This document shows positions 1 to 14,307 of a DNA stretch of 64,000 nucleotides, in pieces. Numbering within the stretch: the stretch's first letter is position 1; the number at the start of each line of letters is the position of its first letter. The notes under the pieces were generated by a model. That model was not told where the DNA came from and did not search any database. It saw only the letters and a list, made by a program, of their open reading frames with translations. The position numbers and the translations under genes were made by a program. The DNA lies in NCBI RefSeq assembly GCF_006345805.1, contig NC_043002.1, forward strand, positions 22,754,001 through 22,818,000, read 5' to 3'. The DNA comes from Octopus sinensis. Its lineage: Eukaryota.

Positions 1-2265
1 CTTGACTGTGTCTAATATAAATGGCACTGTGAATCTGCTGGGAATCACTTCTCTATGTTTTTCTAACCAGTATTTAATCGCCTTTATTCCTAAATCGTGT
101 GGAATATTGGTGTAGAGGCTTACCACATCAAAACTTAGTAAAACTGAATTTGTTTCTGTTGTTTTGGGAAGATGGGACAGGAAGTCGATGTCATCCCTGA
201 TGAAACTTGGTATGTAAGTACATAGTGGTTTCAAAACAATGTCAATAAAATTGCTTAGACGGTGTGTAGGGCATGCTGGACCAGCTATAATAGGTCTAAG
301 TTTTAGGTCTTTTGGATGTAATAATTTTATGTACTCACTTTCTTGTTCTTTTACTGCCTGTTGAATGTTTTTGATTTGTGTATTTTTGGTAAGCCGTAGA
401 AGTTGCTGGGTTTTGGTTCAAAATTGGTGATGTAGTCTTTTTCATTATCCGTAAGTGAGTTGTGGTGTGTTGAAATCAGGTTGTTGATCTTTTTCATGAT
501 GTGGTGGTCTATATTTGCGGGTATTTCACAATAGAAGGTTGTATCCTTCAGTTGGTCTTCAACCAAATCCTTATAGTATTCGGTATCCATAATAACAATT
601 GCACCACCTTTATCTGCTTGTTTAATTATTATTGTTTGATCGTTTTGTATACGTTTACATGCAGACATCTCTGATTTGCTAATGTTTGGCCTAACATTGG
701 TATTGCGTCTAAGGGGAAATTTAGACAGGATATCAATGTATTGGTCAAGGTAGTTATTTCTTCCTTTTGGTGGGGTGAAATTTGATTTATTCCTTACTAG
801 GGATTCATCAATCTCATTACTTTTGTTAGCGAAGAATTCTACAAGTCGTAATTTTCGACAGAATTTTTGGATATCCTCCTTTAATTCTTGGTGGTTGGCT
901 GTTGGTGTAGGTGTGAATTTCAGTCCTTTTGACAGAAGTTGGATTTCATCATTGTCAAAATCTCTTTTTGATAAATTAATTATTTTAGGATCTATACGTT
1001 CAGTTGTTTGGGGTATGTTTCCTCTTGGATTTTTTCTTTCTCCGGTGTTTGTTGTCCTGACGTAAAAAAATGGATTTTTTCTGGTTATGATTTATATTCC
1101 TGTTGATGTTTGCTTGATGAATTTTGCGTTTTGGTTGTGGTACTTTACTTGGTTTCGTTATGTTTTCTGTCTTGTTTTTGGTATTATGTATGCTACTTTT
1201 CAATTTCTTGTTAGCATTGTTTTTAACCACCTGGAGAAATGATCTGGGTTTACTTCTAGATCTAGATCGGTTTTTTGTCCAGTTTCTTGTGGGTAATCTC
1301 TGTTGAGGTCTTGAAAATGATGTTATTTTCTACTGCTAATGGTCTGTTCAAAACAATATCTATTGTTTGTGCTTTTTGTTCATGTTGTGTGCATTGGGGT
1401 GTTTGCATACAAAATGGGAAGAGTTCTTACCGTAGTTCGTCTTCGATTCGTGGTGAAACAGGTGTTCATGTTGCCACGTGTTCTGGTGTATGTTGCGTTG
1501 GTGAGGTTGTCCACTTTTAATGCTATTTCTCGGAGCTCTGTTGTCTTTACCGTAGTTTGTAGCATATTTGTCGAGAAATAATTGTTTCCGCTGCCAAAAC
1601 TTTCTTGATCTGCTTTCTTCTTTTGAGATATCTCTGATCCATAGTTCTCGCATTTTTTCTGCTATATTGCCGGTCGTTAGTTTGGATATTTCATCTCTGA
1701 TTTGATCATCGATAGCTTCGTATTTGGCTTTGTAGCGGGATTGTTTAGACAGGGTAATGGAGATGTCGGTCCTGAATTTTATCAAACTAAGGTCCCATCG
1801 AAGTTTAGTTTCTTCCTCTGTTTCTCCTGCAATTTCTTTAATTAGGTACTTCCGAGGAAGTATGGGTGCCGCTAAAGATATCCATTCGAATGTTTCAGCA
1901 TATTTTTCGCATTTATATGCCTTCCAGAAGTTTTGTTTTCTTATGTTAAGGAGTTTTTTCCATGTCTTCTGTATCTCTTCTCTTTTTCGGTGTGCCTCTT
2001 TTTCCAGATTTCTTTCGTTTATTTCTGACATCCAAGGAGGTTGTGGTAGGCTTTCTCTTGTAGATTTTATAATTGGTATCATTTCAGCTAAATTCTTAAT
2101 TTCAGAGTTTATGTGTTCATTCCAAAGTTTCCGTCTGTAGAGTTTTTCTATTTCCTTTAAAATAGAGGATTGTGTGTCAATCATCGTGATGAGTGTTGAT
2201 AATTTCGATGAAATTTCCATTAGAATTCTTCTGATTCTGTAATTTGTTTGTTGCTTTCCAGACAT
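1..2265 (-). mobile_element. Penelope-like retroelement, 5' part (long N-terminal region plus RT), frameshifted, runs off the window
   Basis: LLSKGLKFTPTP, IIIKQADKGGAIVIMD, FYGLPKIHK, LRPIIAGPACPT, SFDVVSLYTNIP; frameshifts near 365 and 1000-1400. Confidence 0.9.
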
Positions 2266-2338
2266 GTTGGCATATACAAATAGGAATATAGAATAATATT
2301 ATATGGGTGTGTGTGATTGTGTATAGAAGAATATATTA

Positions 2339-2390
<52 letters not shown>

Positions 2391-2474
2391 ATATTATATA
2401 TATTATATATTATATATATTATAATATATATACATATATAAGCTTACTTAGAATTGGATGTGTGGCGTTCAATC

Positions 2475-2506
<32 letters not shown>

Positions 2507-2691
2507 TAATAATAATAATATAATATAATAATAATAATAATATTAATAATAATAATAATAATAATAACATATATATATTATATATGTAGTAATAAATGCA
2601 TATAATAATTATATATATTGCATATAATATATGATATTATATATAATATAATATATATATCTATATATATATGCATACACTATATATATAT

Positions 2692-2725
<34 letters not shown>

Positions 2726-2801
2726 ATACATATATATAAATAAACTATATATATATGCATATATATATATATATATATATATGATATATATATATATATA
2801 T

Positions 2802-2834
<33 letters not shown>

Positions 2835-2855
2835 GAGTCTATATATATATATATA

Positions 2856-4733
2856 CCGGGCTTCCGAAAATCCGCCCATCCATTAGATCTTCCATGGGCG
2901 TTTATTTTGATGGGCGGTTATTTGAGGTTAAAAGTTGAAACAGAGTGTTCTTGTTTGCATTCTGTTAAGGCGTTCATTTGCTCTCCGTCTGTAGATAAAT
3001 TCAAAGGATTTTTATTCCCAATAATGAAGTCGAAAGAAAATATATCAAAGCGTGTTCAACGATCATATACCATGAGTGAAAAATTGAGTCCTATTAAACG
3101 AGTAAAAGAACATTCTGGCAATTTATCTGCTACTTCAAGAGACAGGTATTGATAGAAAACGATTGAGTTAAACTGAGTTAAACCATATGTCAAACCAGGG
3201 GAGGCGCAGATCAATTTGTGGAGGTAGAGGACCAGCACAGGGATCTGGAGATTGAACTCTTACAGTGAATTCTTTTTCAGCGTGCAAACAATATAATTGT
3301 AAATTATCGCCGTTTACGGGAATATACGTTCGAATTGGTAAAAAGGTTTGGAATTGAAATGAACAGCTTTAGACGTTCTGATAACTGGATTTTCAATTTC
3401 ATGAAACAGAATAAACGGACTCTGAGAAAGATTACACATGTTGGTCAAGCAGACAATAAAACACTTGGAGAAAAGGCACAGATCGCCAGTGACTATCTAG
3501 ATAGCATTCCAGTATTAGCAGCATATAAGGATGCTGACCAGATTTATAATATGAATGAAACACCTGTATACGTTGTCATGTTGAGTTCAATAACCATAGA
3601 CATTTTTGGCAATAAAAATGTAGATGCTAGCAACTGTGGTGCTACCAAACCTGGTTTTACTGTTGTGTTGTGTGTTAATGCTGCAGGAAAGGTGTTAAAA
3701 ACAATGATTATCCTTAAAGGATTGAAAAACGTGCCTAAAATTAAGGTCCCAAAGAATAGTTACATAAGTCTCCAACAAGAGATCAATCACATATGAACTC
3801 ATGCAGCTGTGGGCCGACAAAATGTTTGGGCAGAGAACAGCACAATTATTCCATGCTCAAAATTCAGTGCTATTCATGGATGAATGCTCAGTGCACAAGA
3901 AATCAGAGCTGCTAGAAGTGTTCAATCGTAGGAATACAATTCTCAAACTTATTCCTCCTAAAACAACATGTTACTTGCAGCCGTTAGATGTATCAATTAT
4001 TGGTCCTTTCAAGAAAGCCCTTCGTGCAGAACGGGAGAATTGGTTTTCAAACGGCAAAAAGGAGCATACAAATAAAGGATATCGCAAAAAACCTTATCAA
4101 GAGATAGTGAACTTTGTGACCCAAGATGTTGCCACTTTGAATAAAGAAACTATAACGCGTGCTTTTGAACGCTGTGGAATTGCTCATAGTGGACAGACTA
4201 TAAGAACAGAGCGTCTTAAACTCACGCTTACAGAATGTTTTGTCTGGACTTGAGGTAAATGCACCAGATGCTCATAATGACAAAATTGAAGATGAGATAC
4301 AAATGAAATTTGCTCTGATGTGAATTACGGCCAAGCAACAAATGAAGAAATTCGTGATATTTAACTTGAAACTATTCGGTTATAATTCTACCATAAATGC
4401 CCAAGGACATTATTTGTTCATAGGAGGCTTCTATTCATGTTTTCAACAGTTTAATTTTCAATATTTCCTAATAGATCCAGAATATTTTTTAATATGCTAC
4501 TTCTTTTAATGTGGTTTCAGTTTCTTTATGTCTATATATCTGATAACTGAAGCGATAGAAGTTCAAAGGAATTGTATAAAATAAATATGGTTTTTGAGAA
4601 TATCGTTGTTTTTCCCAGGTGAAATATTTTACTTCCATATTACCGCCCATGGGCGCTTATTATAGGTGGGCGGTTATATAAGCCAAAAAATAGTTTTCGT
4701 TTCACAGCCCTTGACGGATTTTCGGAAAACCCT

Positions 4734-4735
<2 letters not shown>
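2856..4735 (+). mobile_element. pogo/Tigger-family DNA transposon, decayed
   Basis: TIRs CCGGGCTTCCGAAAATCCG / CGGATTTTCGGAAAACCCTGG within (TA)n; DDE_1 motifs YNMNETP (D to N), LFMDECSVH, YLQPLDVSI; split ORF. Confidence 0.9.
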
Positions 4736-4785
<50 letters not shown>

Positions 4786-4873
4786 CATATATATATGCAC
4801 ACACACAGACACACAGACACACACATATATATCTATGTATATGTATGTATATATATATGCACATATATATATG

Positions 4874-4910
<37 letters not shown>

Positions 4911-5049
4911 TTAAATACATACATATATGTGTTTGTGTGTATGCGTGTGTGTGCATACACATGTATCTATGTATGTATGTGTGTATGTGTGTATGTATGT
5001 ATGTATGTATGTATGTATGTATGTATGTATGTATGTATGTGTATTTATA

Positions 5050-6306
5050 CGAGGTCGTATCAAAACTTCCCGGAATAGTCCTGTAGCACGCCAACTGATG
5101 GCAGTACATGGTTGCGTACGTAGTGAGAGCTAGCAGTACTTTGCGTTTTTGTGATCACGTGTAAGCTGTAGTGTGTGAGGGCGCGTGGCTTAGTGGTTAG
5201 GGCATTCGGCTCATGATCGTGAGGTTGTGAGTTCGATTCCCGGCGACGCGTTGTGTCCTTGAGCAAAACACTTTATTTCACGTTGCTCCAGTCCACTCAG
5301 CTGGCAAAAGTGAGTTGTACTTGTATTTCAAAGGGTCAGCCTTGTCACTCTCTGTGTCACGCTGATTATCCCCGAGAACTACGTTAAGGGTACACGTGTC
5401 TGTGGAATGCTCAGCCATTTGCACGTTAATTTCACGAGCAAGCTGTTCCGTTGATCGTATCAGCTGGGACCCTCGTCGTCGTAACCGGCGGAGTCTTATT
5501 TTAAGCTGTAGTGTGCGATTTTGTCATGGACAGGAACAAAGAATCAACGTGAAATTTTGCATGAAACTTGGGAAGTCTGCTACAGAGACATTGAGCATGT
5601 TTCGGCTAGCTTACAATAACGAAGCAATGGGCCGTACGCGTTTCGAGTGGCACAAGTGCTTCAAAAGCGGAAAACGTCTCTGGAATACCCGGAGACGAAG
5701 CAGTAGTTGTCACAATGGAAGAGGACTTCATCTCCGCGACCGAAGAAAGTACGACGGAACCACACCTCAATCAAAAACATACTCGTAATTTTTATTTGAC
5801 ACCCACGGTACTGTGCATCGAGAATTCGTCCGCCATGGTCAAACAGTCAATCGAGAGTTCTCCTGCCACGTTTGGAAGCGTTTGCGGGAGGACATTCGAC
5901 GAAAGCGACCGGATCTGTGAAGCGCGAAGACCGGTCTCACCTTATTCACCAAGCTGTCACCGAGTTCTTGTCACTCATGAGTTTCTCGCCAAAAAATTCA
6001 ACATTCAACCCGCCTTATTCGCCAAATTTACCACCGGCGGACTTCTATTTCTTCTCTAAGATGAAAATGCAGCTCAAAGGTTATCGTTTTAACACCGTTG
6101 TCGAGATCCAGAGCAATTCGCAGAAGGTCCTCGATTTACTCACAGAAAATGACTTTCAAGCTGGATCCTAAAAGTGGCAGGAACACTGAGACGGGTGTAT
6201 TGCTGCGCAAGATGACTATTTCGAAGGAGATGATGTTAAAACTAGGTAAATAAGTTATTTTTTTTATTAAGCATAACTAGTCCAGGAACATTTTGATACC
6301 ACCTCG
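5050..6306 (+). mobile_element. mariner transposon, decayed, interrupted by a SINE
   Basis: TA-flanked TIRs CGAGGTCGTATCAAAA / TTTTGATACCACCTCG; EQRINVKFC..LGKSATET, PPYSP.L.PADF. Confidence 0.9.
5176..5501 (+). mobile_element. tRNA-derived SINE with CORE-like body
   Basis: A/B boxes, GTGTCCTTGAGCAAAACACTT, 14-bp TSD TAAGCTGTAGTGTG at 5162 and 5502. Confidence 0.9.
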
Positions 6307-6859
6307 TATATCTTTATCGGTATATTTTAATGTTCTGGCGCACTTATTCGATTGTGAGAGGAGTTTTCCACAGTTTGGCTTTGGTGTTCTGTCCATCAAT
6401 GTAATGATTCAATCATTTTAAAATCCGAAGTTGCATGAATTGGCCATGTTATCTAACTTGCTAATTAAGTGCTTGCCAAAGTAGCTATACCAACAATGGT
6501 CATTATGATAGAATAGTTGGCAATTTATATCAAATTTAGTCATTTGTGTTTGTCGAATCCATCGAAACGTCGACAAGATCATTGAATTTAGACTCGTTTT
6601 ACCCAAGCTGGTTAGCTGCCAAAGAGCAGTGAGAAGTACGCATAATGAGATGTATTTATATGATTTTTCAGCTGACAAAATTGCATGTGAAATCTAAATC
6701 TTTAACTAGAATGTAATAACAACACATGGGGAATATTACAAATAAGCCTTGAGCTAAGGTCACCCATATTTGATGTTAGGCATGAGATACTTTCCTTGCA
6801 ATATCTAGATACCTGCTAGATGTAATTTAGTCAGATTAATATATTAGACAGCAGAGATA

Positions 6860-7760
6860 GAGATATTTTAATTTACACCATCGTTTTCCGTCGAGACATT
6901 AATTTAATGAAAGTAGACTTCTTAGCCACATTATTGAATCTAAAATCAAGTATCTATAAAAGTTTTCATAAGCCAAATGAATAATTAAGTTATCTTAATA
7001 AACATTCCTACCACTCACTATAATCTTTATAAAGCACATTTCCAACGTAAGTCTTAGCATTTCCAATCTGTTCTCCTGTAAAGAGAGTTTTGACAACACA
7101 ATCCCTACCATAACAGAGTCCTGATAAGCAGCAGCCTCAAGGAAAAGTAAGTCTATATCCACCACCAGAACCAAAAGATCCAGTAATAATATCAGTAAAA
7201 TCATCTTGTTCGCAACACATTTCTCTTTAAACGTTAAAACTAATCTACGAAGGACATAACTGGCATTTTAGACAAGTATTTCCCAGTACACTGTCTTTAT
7301 AAGAGCTTCAACCGATGCACCTAAAAATCAGTTACTACTGCGCTCTCTATACGGAATCAGTAACACAAGGGGAAAAAATGGCATTGGAAATAAAAAGTTC
7401 ATGTAGAAAGAAAGATAAACGTTCTTTAGACAAAACAAGTAGCACCAGATCAGTCGCATATAAAGCAAAGATCACCTCAACCACGCCGAATCGAAAAGTG
7501 GAGATATAAACGTTATATACGCACCACCGAAAGTCTATTTAAATGAAGATCCAATAACCATTTGTCATTCTTCAAACATCCAGATGACTGGAGAGTCATC
7601 ATATTTGCAGGCCTTATCTGCTTTTACAAAAACAGAAAATCCACTAATGGCATTAAATGGAAGGTCTGGAGAAGCCAAAGACCAATGCAAATGGATCCAA
7701 GGAGTAAAACTCTGCCTGTCAAAGAAGTGTCTCAACACTAAAATTGAAATTTTACACGAT
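6860..7760 (+). mobile_element. Decayed Penelope-like element (RT thumb to GIY-YIG C-terminus)
   Basis: KVDFLA, FSLNVKTN..ILDKYFP, FNR..LKISY, IKWKV, LCLSKK across broken frames. Confidence 0.7.
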
Positions 7761-8361
7761 GCGTGTGTGTGTGTGTGTTTGTGTGTTTGTATGCGCACAC
7801 ACACACATTTTCTCGCTGTTTTTTAATACTAAAAGTCCGTTATTTGATTCTGGCTATTATTAGTCCTTCACGAATGGCTATTTGGATCGACATATAAGTG
7901 GAGGTACGTGTGAAAGCGTGATTATATTTGTCTATGTGTGTATCATAGATCAATATATCTAACTAGGTATTCTCTGTATGCATGAGTATGACAGCAATAT
8001 GTGCGTATTCCAGAAAGCGCACGCACACGTATAGTTTTTAGTGTGTGTGTGTTTGTGTGTGTATTTGGGTCATAAATAAAAACCTATGAGGTTCACGTAC
8101 AAAATATATTCCTCAGTTTGTTCCCATTCAAGTCGACATTTTCACGTAACAAACTTATGATTTCCTTCTAACCTTTAGCCTTCTAACCTTTAGTTATTGT
8201 TTTTGACGTTGTTGCTGTAGATGTTATTATTGTTTACGCTGCTGTTGTTGTAGGTGTTGTTGTTTAGTCCCAGGTCAGCTCTAATTGAGCAGACCTATAA
8301 CTAAAGACACTCTAGCTGTGACTATCCCGTCTCTATTTTTTTTTTTCAATTTTTTTCACAG

Positions 8362-9220
8362 TTTGTACCGGTTGGCCTCCAAGAAAACTCCAAAGCCTGA
8401 TTGCATGATAAAAGTATTCGCTTCCGTCCTTCTCGTACCTCTTTTGCCATCTTATACCAACGCGGAATTCCGTGGCAAAGCAGATATATTTACTGCAGTA
8501 CTCAGGTACTTGGTCTATTTAAGAATGGCCGGAATAACCTTTCAAGAAGAAGAAGAATCGCCACCGAAAAAGGGCAAAAAATCCAAAAAGCAATGCAGCC
8601 GAGAATCATCTAAAGAATCACAAGACGGAAGTAAGAGATCGGAGAGAAGATGCTTTTCAGATATACTACCAAAGAAAAAAGGCAAAAAGTCCAAAAAGCA
8701 ATCCACCCAAGAAGTCCCGCAAGACGGCGCTAAGTCAGGTTCTAGGTGCTTTCCTTATGACCAAGAAGAAACACCCAAGAAAAAAGGTAAAAAGTCGAAA
8801 AAGGCGTCAGCCAGCCGAGAAGTTTCGAAGGAGTCATACGCCAGCGTTAAGTCAGGAGCTAGTTCCACAAATGATCCTAAACCTGACGAAAGTATGTGCA
8901 AACAGGCATGCCGCCGAGAACCTTCAAATGGATGCGAAATACCATTTCCGAGGTGCAGTGCAGAGGGCATAATAGAAGTAAATCCACCGACAGATCGAGA
9001 AACATCTGCGGAGTCCAACGAAAGCCAAAGAAAAAAGGCTTTCACTAAATCGCAGGAGAGTGTTAACTCAGTTGCTTTTAAGTCACAAGAGAGCGTTAAG
9101 TCTGCGAAAAGCAACGCATCACAGGGGAGAAAGAAAAGTTTTCTGGGGAAATTGTGCAACAGAAAGAAAAAGGATAAAGACAAGGTGTCGTGCGAAGATA
9201 TACCAAAGTTGGTAGACTAA
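8362..9220 (+). CDS. Terminal coding exon of a second, convergent BCR/ABR-like RhoGAP gene with a lysine-rich repeat tail
   Basis: Acceptor tttttttcacag| in phase 2, the same phase as the exon 24/25 junction. LYRLASKK..IKVFASVLLVP..DIFTAVLRYLV matches the RhoGAP C-terminus and exons 25-26 of the minus gene. Open to TAA at 9220. Upstream exons were not found in the window. Confidence 0.75.
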
Positions 9221-9387
9221 TCAGATTCGGGATTTGCTTATCTAATGTAAACATTTAATTATATTTAGAAAATACACATACAAATATATGTAAAAAATAT
9301 ATATGCACGCATAAACTATATATGTTCACATACACACAGATATACACACACATGCACATATATGTATATATTTACAATATGCATATG

Positions 9388-9504
<117 letters not shown>

Positions 9505-9803
9505 GTACATATCATATGTAATTAGCTCAGATTACGACAGATGTGACAAAGGTTCATGCGTTTCGTGCCAGGGTGGTTATCATTATGGTAAATGCTTTTG
9601 CCAAGTTCTCTACGATGAGGTGTCACTGCTATAACAATCTCAGCCAATATAGACGTCTTTTTTTACATACTGAGTTCTTTGTCTCTCGATTGTAAACGAT
9701 GTGTGCGTGTGTGTATGTGTGTGTGTATGTGTGTGTGTGTGCATGTGAGTGTGCGGTTCTCCGTTTGTGTGTTTGACTGTATATGTCTCTCTGTCTCTGT
9801 CTG

Positions 9804-9878
<75 letters not shown>

Positions 9879-9951
9879 ACTTATGTATGTATATTTGTAC
9901 GTATAAGATCCACATATTTGTGTGTGTATAATATACATATACATATATGCA

Positions 9952-10017
<66 letters not shown>

Positions 10018-10371
10018 AGATATATGTATATATTACTTAAAGCAATTTGATTCGGCTCCATGCAGCTCAAAGTTTTGCCCATCTTTTTTTGAACACACAC
10101 ACACAAAAACAGAGATAATTCTGACTGTGACTTCGAATCACTGGCAACGTTTTACTTCAAAAATAAATCTGATGCTTTAGTTAAATGGGTTGACTGAACC
10201 TTCTCTTGTGATTGGTAGTTTTTATACACTCTAATACATACAGTCTATACGTGCAAAACACACACACACACACACAAACATACATATGTAGATACACACA
10301 CACATATATACATACATACATACATACATACATACATACATACATACTACATACATACATACATACATACA

Positions 10372-10429
<58 letters not shown>

Positions 10430-10742
10430 TATATATTTCATTCAGAGGGGTGACATGTTCAAAACTAAACTATGTCCAGCCACTTACAATAAAGTGTTAA
10501 AAGATATGTCTGTGCTTTAATGAAGATTAAAAAATATTTACTCCATAGTTGTTGGCCCGAAAAAAAAAATATATATTCTGTTTCGCTCTTTTTCTGTTTG
10601 GCTCATTAGCATGAGCCTTTGGCGAAACAGAACACATTTTGTCGGACTAACGATTATGGATTACATACATACACACACACACAACACACACACACATGTA
10701 TATGCATACATACATACATACATACATACATACATACATACA

Positions 10743-10790
<48 letters not shown>

Positions 10791-11399
10791 CGTAGATTGT
10801 TAGAACTGATACAGTTTTTCTATATTAAGAAAAAGGAGGCAGTCAGAAGTTTGGATAATTATTTAGCGCTCTCGTCCATTCGTTGGAACCCAATTCTGAC
10901 ACCCTCATTTTTGTTATATATATAAATACACACACATATACTTATATGCATATACACGAACTTTATATATATGTATATGCATGCCTAAGTTCGTGTATAC
11001 GTATATAAGTATATGTGTATTTGTATGTATGTATGTATATATGTATGTATTTATGTATGTATGTATGTATGTATGTATGTATGTATGTATGTATGTATGT
11101 ATGTATGTACAAGTAAATCCCTAACGAAAATCAACAACGAATGTCTGGTATTTCCCAAAGAATGGAAGATATTCTACTTAAAAAAAAATTAATATTCGAT
11201 ACGGAATTCCAAGATCCTCGACTAAGATGCGATTTTTATCAACAAAAGAAATCTGAAATTACACTGAGCAGAGAAAAAAATTATAAAATTGCCCGATTCT
11301 TCAAAAAGAAAGGAAAAATAAAATATAAATATCTAAAAACGGTTTTTATGTTTGTTTTTGTTGGTGTGCATTCACTCTCCAAGTCGATACCTCTATGAA

Positions 11400-11700
11400 T
11401 TGAGAGGTCACAACTCCGGTACTTCTGACAGGTGATCAGAATGTCGCAATAAAAAATCGCAAGACAGATTCTTCAAGCGGAGCCGACCGGCAGGAGATCT
11501 AGGGATCGACCAAGAACAAGCTGGGCGGATAATATTTATATCCTCAGATGGTGAGGCTTGAGAATCCAACAGGTAGGTGTAATAACGATTGCTTCTGATA
11601 GGATCCTATAGTGGAGGTGGCTGAGGACTCTACTTCAACGACCTGCCCAGGACTATTGGGTAGAGAAGCTGAATGGATGGATGGATGGTTTCAGTTAAAA
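11400..11700 (+). mobile_element. RTE-type LINE 3' relic
   Basis: GRRSRDRPRTSWADNI motif, (GGAT)n tail. Confidence 0.6.
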
Positions 11701-11879
11701 GCATTCTAGCTATGCCATGTCCTACGATTCTTTTCCTCCTGTTTTTTTTTCTCGTTATGACTGATGTTATTTTGATACACCATGCAAACTAAAACCGGGT
11801 CACCTAAACCTATGATTAGTTCATTCTGCCTTGTTAATAGAACTTAAGGTTACATCGCTAATATGATTTTTTTGTTACT

Positions 11880-13260
11880 GCTGTGCTTGTTGTTTCCTTA
11901 CATGTAAACAAGAATAGGATCTTTGCTATAGATGCGTTTGAACCGGAGGAAATGTGTAATGTTGTGTGTAGTGTGAGTAAAATTCGAGGCAAACGTGGAA
12001 TTTATAGGTGTATAGGGAAGCGATGAGAAGCAGTAGACGTGATCGACATAGAGGGAATGTCTAGGAACTTGATGGAAGCGTTTGGGGTGGCTGAGGCACA
12101 ATTCAGTGCAGCAGTTTTCTGGGGAGTGATGTCACACCTATGCATGCATTTGATAGATGTAACGACTTTATAACTCATAGGGAGGTTCAGTAACATGGGT
12201 ATAATATCCAAAAAGCAAGATGGTCCATATTTCTACCTAAAGTGTCAGAGGAGAACACAAGAGAAATGACGATATTCCAAATAAAGAGTTCATTGGAACG
12301 AAGGTGTATAAATGTTCTACGTTTAAATATAGAGTGAAAGTAAAAAAGAAAATGGGAGATGAGAAACCGTACGTCTATAATGGAATGACGTTTAGAGGGT
12401 CCAGAAGGGGCGTGGGTAATGTATTAAACAAATGAATGGTTAAAAGAGATAGGTATTAGTTCCGTGCGACAAGCGGCGTTGATAGGAATGATAGGAAAAC
12501 TAGAACGCTGGTCTTCTGAATTTAGGTGAGGGTATATGTATTTGTTCCTTGTCGAGCCACGCCTGGCTCATAAGGGCCGGTTTCCCGGTTTCATTGGCGT
12601 ATAGGTTATCCACCTGGACAGGACGCCGGTCCGTCGTAGGTGAGCTGCAAGATGCAATAGGAAAGAGTAAGAGAAAGTTGTGGCGAAAGAGTCAGCAGAA
12701 GTTCGCCTTTACCTTCTGCCGGAGCCGCGAGGAGCTTAGGTGTTTCGCTCATAAACACACATATCGCCCGCTCTGAGATTCGAACCCGCGATCCCTCGAC
12801 CGCAAGTCCGCTGCTCTAACCACTAGGCCATGTGCCTCCACTATATATAGTGGATGTGCAGAATGATTTGGGGACGAAGTGGGTGAATATAGGAGGAAGT
12901 AGAGAAGAGCTGTTGAATTCTGGTAAAAGATGAGATTTTCGGTTTGGAAGTATCTGGACAGTAGGTTACCTCCCAGTAGAGATATGCACTTAAAGGCCAT
13001 TACTGCTCCGCTCATATCGGTTAGCTTGATGACAATGTAATCTGATGTTAATATATGAGCCATCGTGGTAACTGTACCGAAAAATATTTCAGGAAAGAAA
13101 ATCAAAACAAAGAGAATTACAAGGTAATTAACTGTGCGCTGTAATGAAGAAACAGAAGAAAGTTCGACGTTTCAGATGGTGATCCTTTCTCAAGATAATG
13201 CGTGGGGAAAAGTGAAAAGAAAACATAGATAATGTGAATGTTCAGTGGTGGTTCTAAAAT
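11880..13260 (-). mobile_element. Decayed Penelope-like RT, interrupted by a SINE
   Basis: DYIVIKLTDMSGAV (~IKPADKGGAV), KFLDI, HFLRFKRIYSKD (~QFLRLRRICS). Confidence 0.6.
12548..12840 (-). mobile_element. tRNA-SINE (head and body shared with the 24022 family, different tail)
   Basis: Head TGGAGGCACATGGCCTAGTGG..GGTTCGAATC; tail GAAACCGGCCCTTATGAGCC. Confidence 0.85.
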
Positions 13261-13969
13261 GGGCAGAACATGTAAAAGAATAACTGAAAGAAATAACAGA
13301 ACTGATTAGCCTTCTCCAGCAGAAGAGTGGTCTCAATTAAATGAAGCTGATTGGCGAAAGGTTTTGTGTATATGTAGTGGGTTATCGAGAATGAATTTTC
13401 TGTATGTGCAGATAAGTTTGTGAAGCAATGTGTGTGCAATGCGGTTAAGTGTATGCACGTGTATGGTACAGTATAAGAGTGTGTTATGCATGTGTGTTGT
13501 ATATGTGTATGTATGCTTGTGTATAGTGCTGCGTGCACCCGTGTGTGTACGTGTATGTGTGTGCGTTACTGTGTGTTTGATCATGAATGAATGAATATGA
13601 GAGGGTGATCTGTAGATGAATATAGAAGCAGGAAGAGAATGTTTTGTCTGTAGATGTTTGTGTATAGAGAAGAAATAAATACATGCCGCATGCACAGAAG
13701 GCTGGAGAGAGGAGAACTGTTAGTTATGAAAAGCGAACTTGTTATTCATTCCAACGAGGTGAGTTATGGACGAAAAGTTGGTAGTCGTTCTTTGTACAAA
13801 CGAGAAGTGGTTGGTCCGTAGACAAACAGCCTGACAGAGAAACAGGCGCACTGGTAGACAGACAGATTGATGGATAGATAAACAGACAAGCAGACAGATA
13901 GACAGACAGACAGACAGTTAGACAGACAGCCATACAAACAGATAGATAGAGAGACATACATACATACAT

Positions 13970-14056
<87 letters not shown>

Positions 14057-14066
14057 TATAGGTAGC

Positions 14067-14145
<79 letters not shown>

Positions 14146-14276
14146 GGAAGGGAGAGATATGTAGATAGGAAGGGAGATGGAGAGGAAAGGACAGGGAGAG
14201 AGGGAAGGAGGGAGAGGCAGAGAGGGAGGAATAAGCAGAGGGAGGGAGAGAAGGAAATGTAGGAAGAGAGTGGTAG

Positions 14277-14307
<31 letters not shown>

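Noticed and set aside
9520-9640. Cys-rich short reading frame or alternative terminal exon
   Set aside because: No supported splice partner; the gene terminates at 17144
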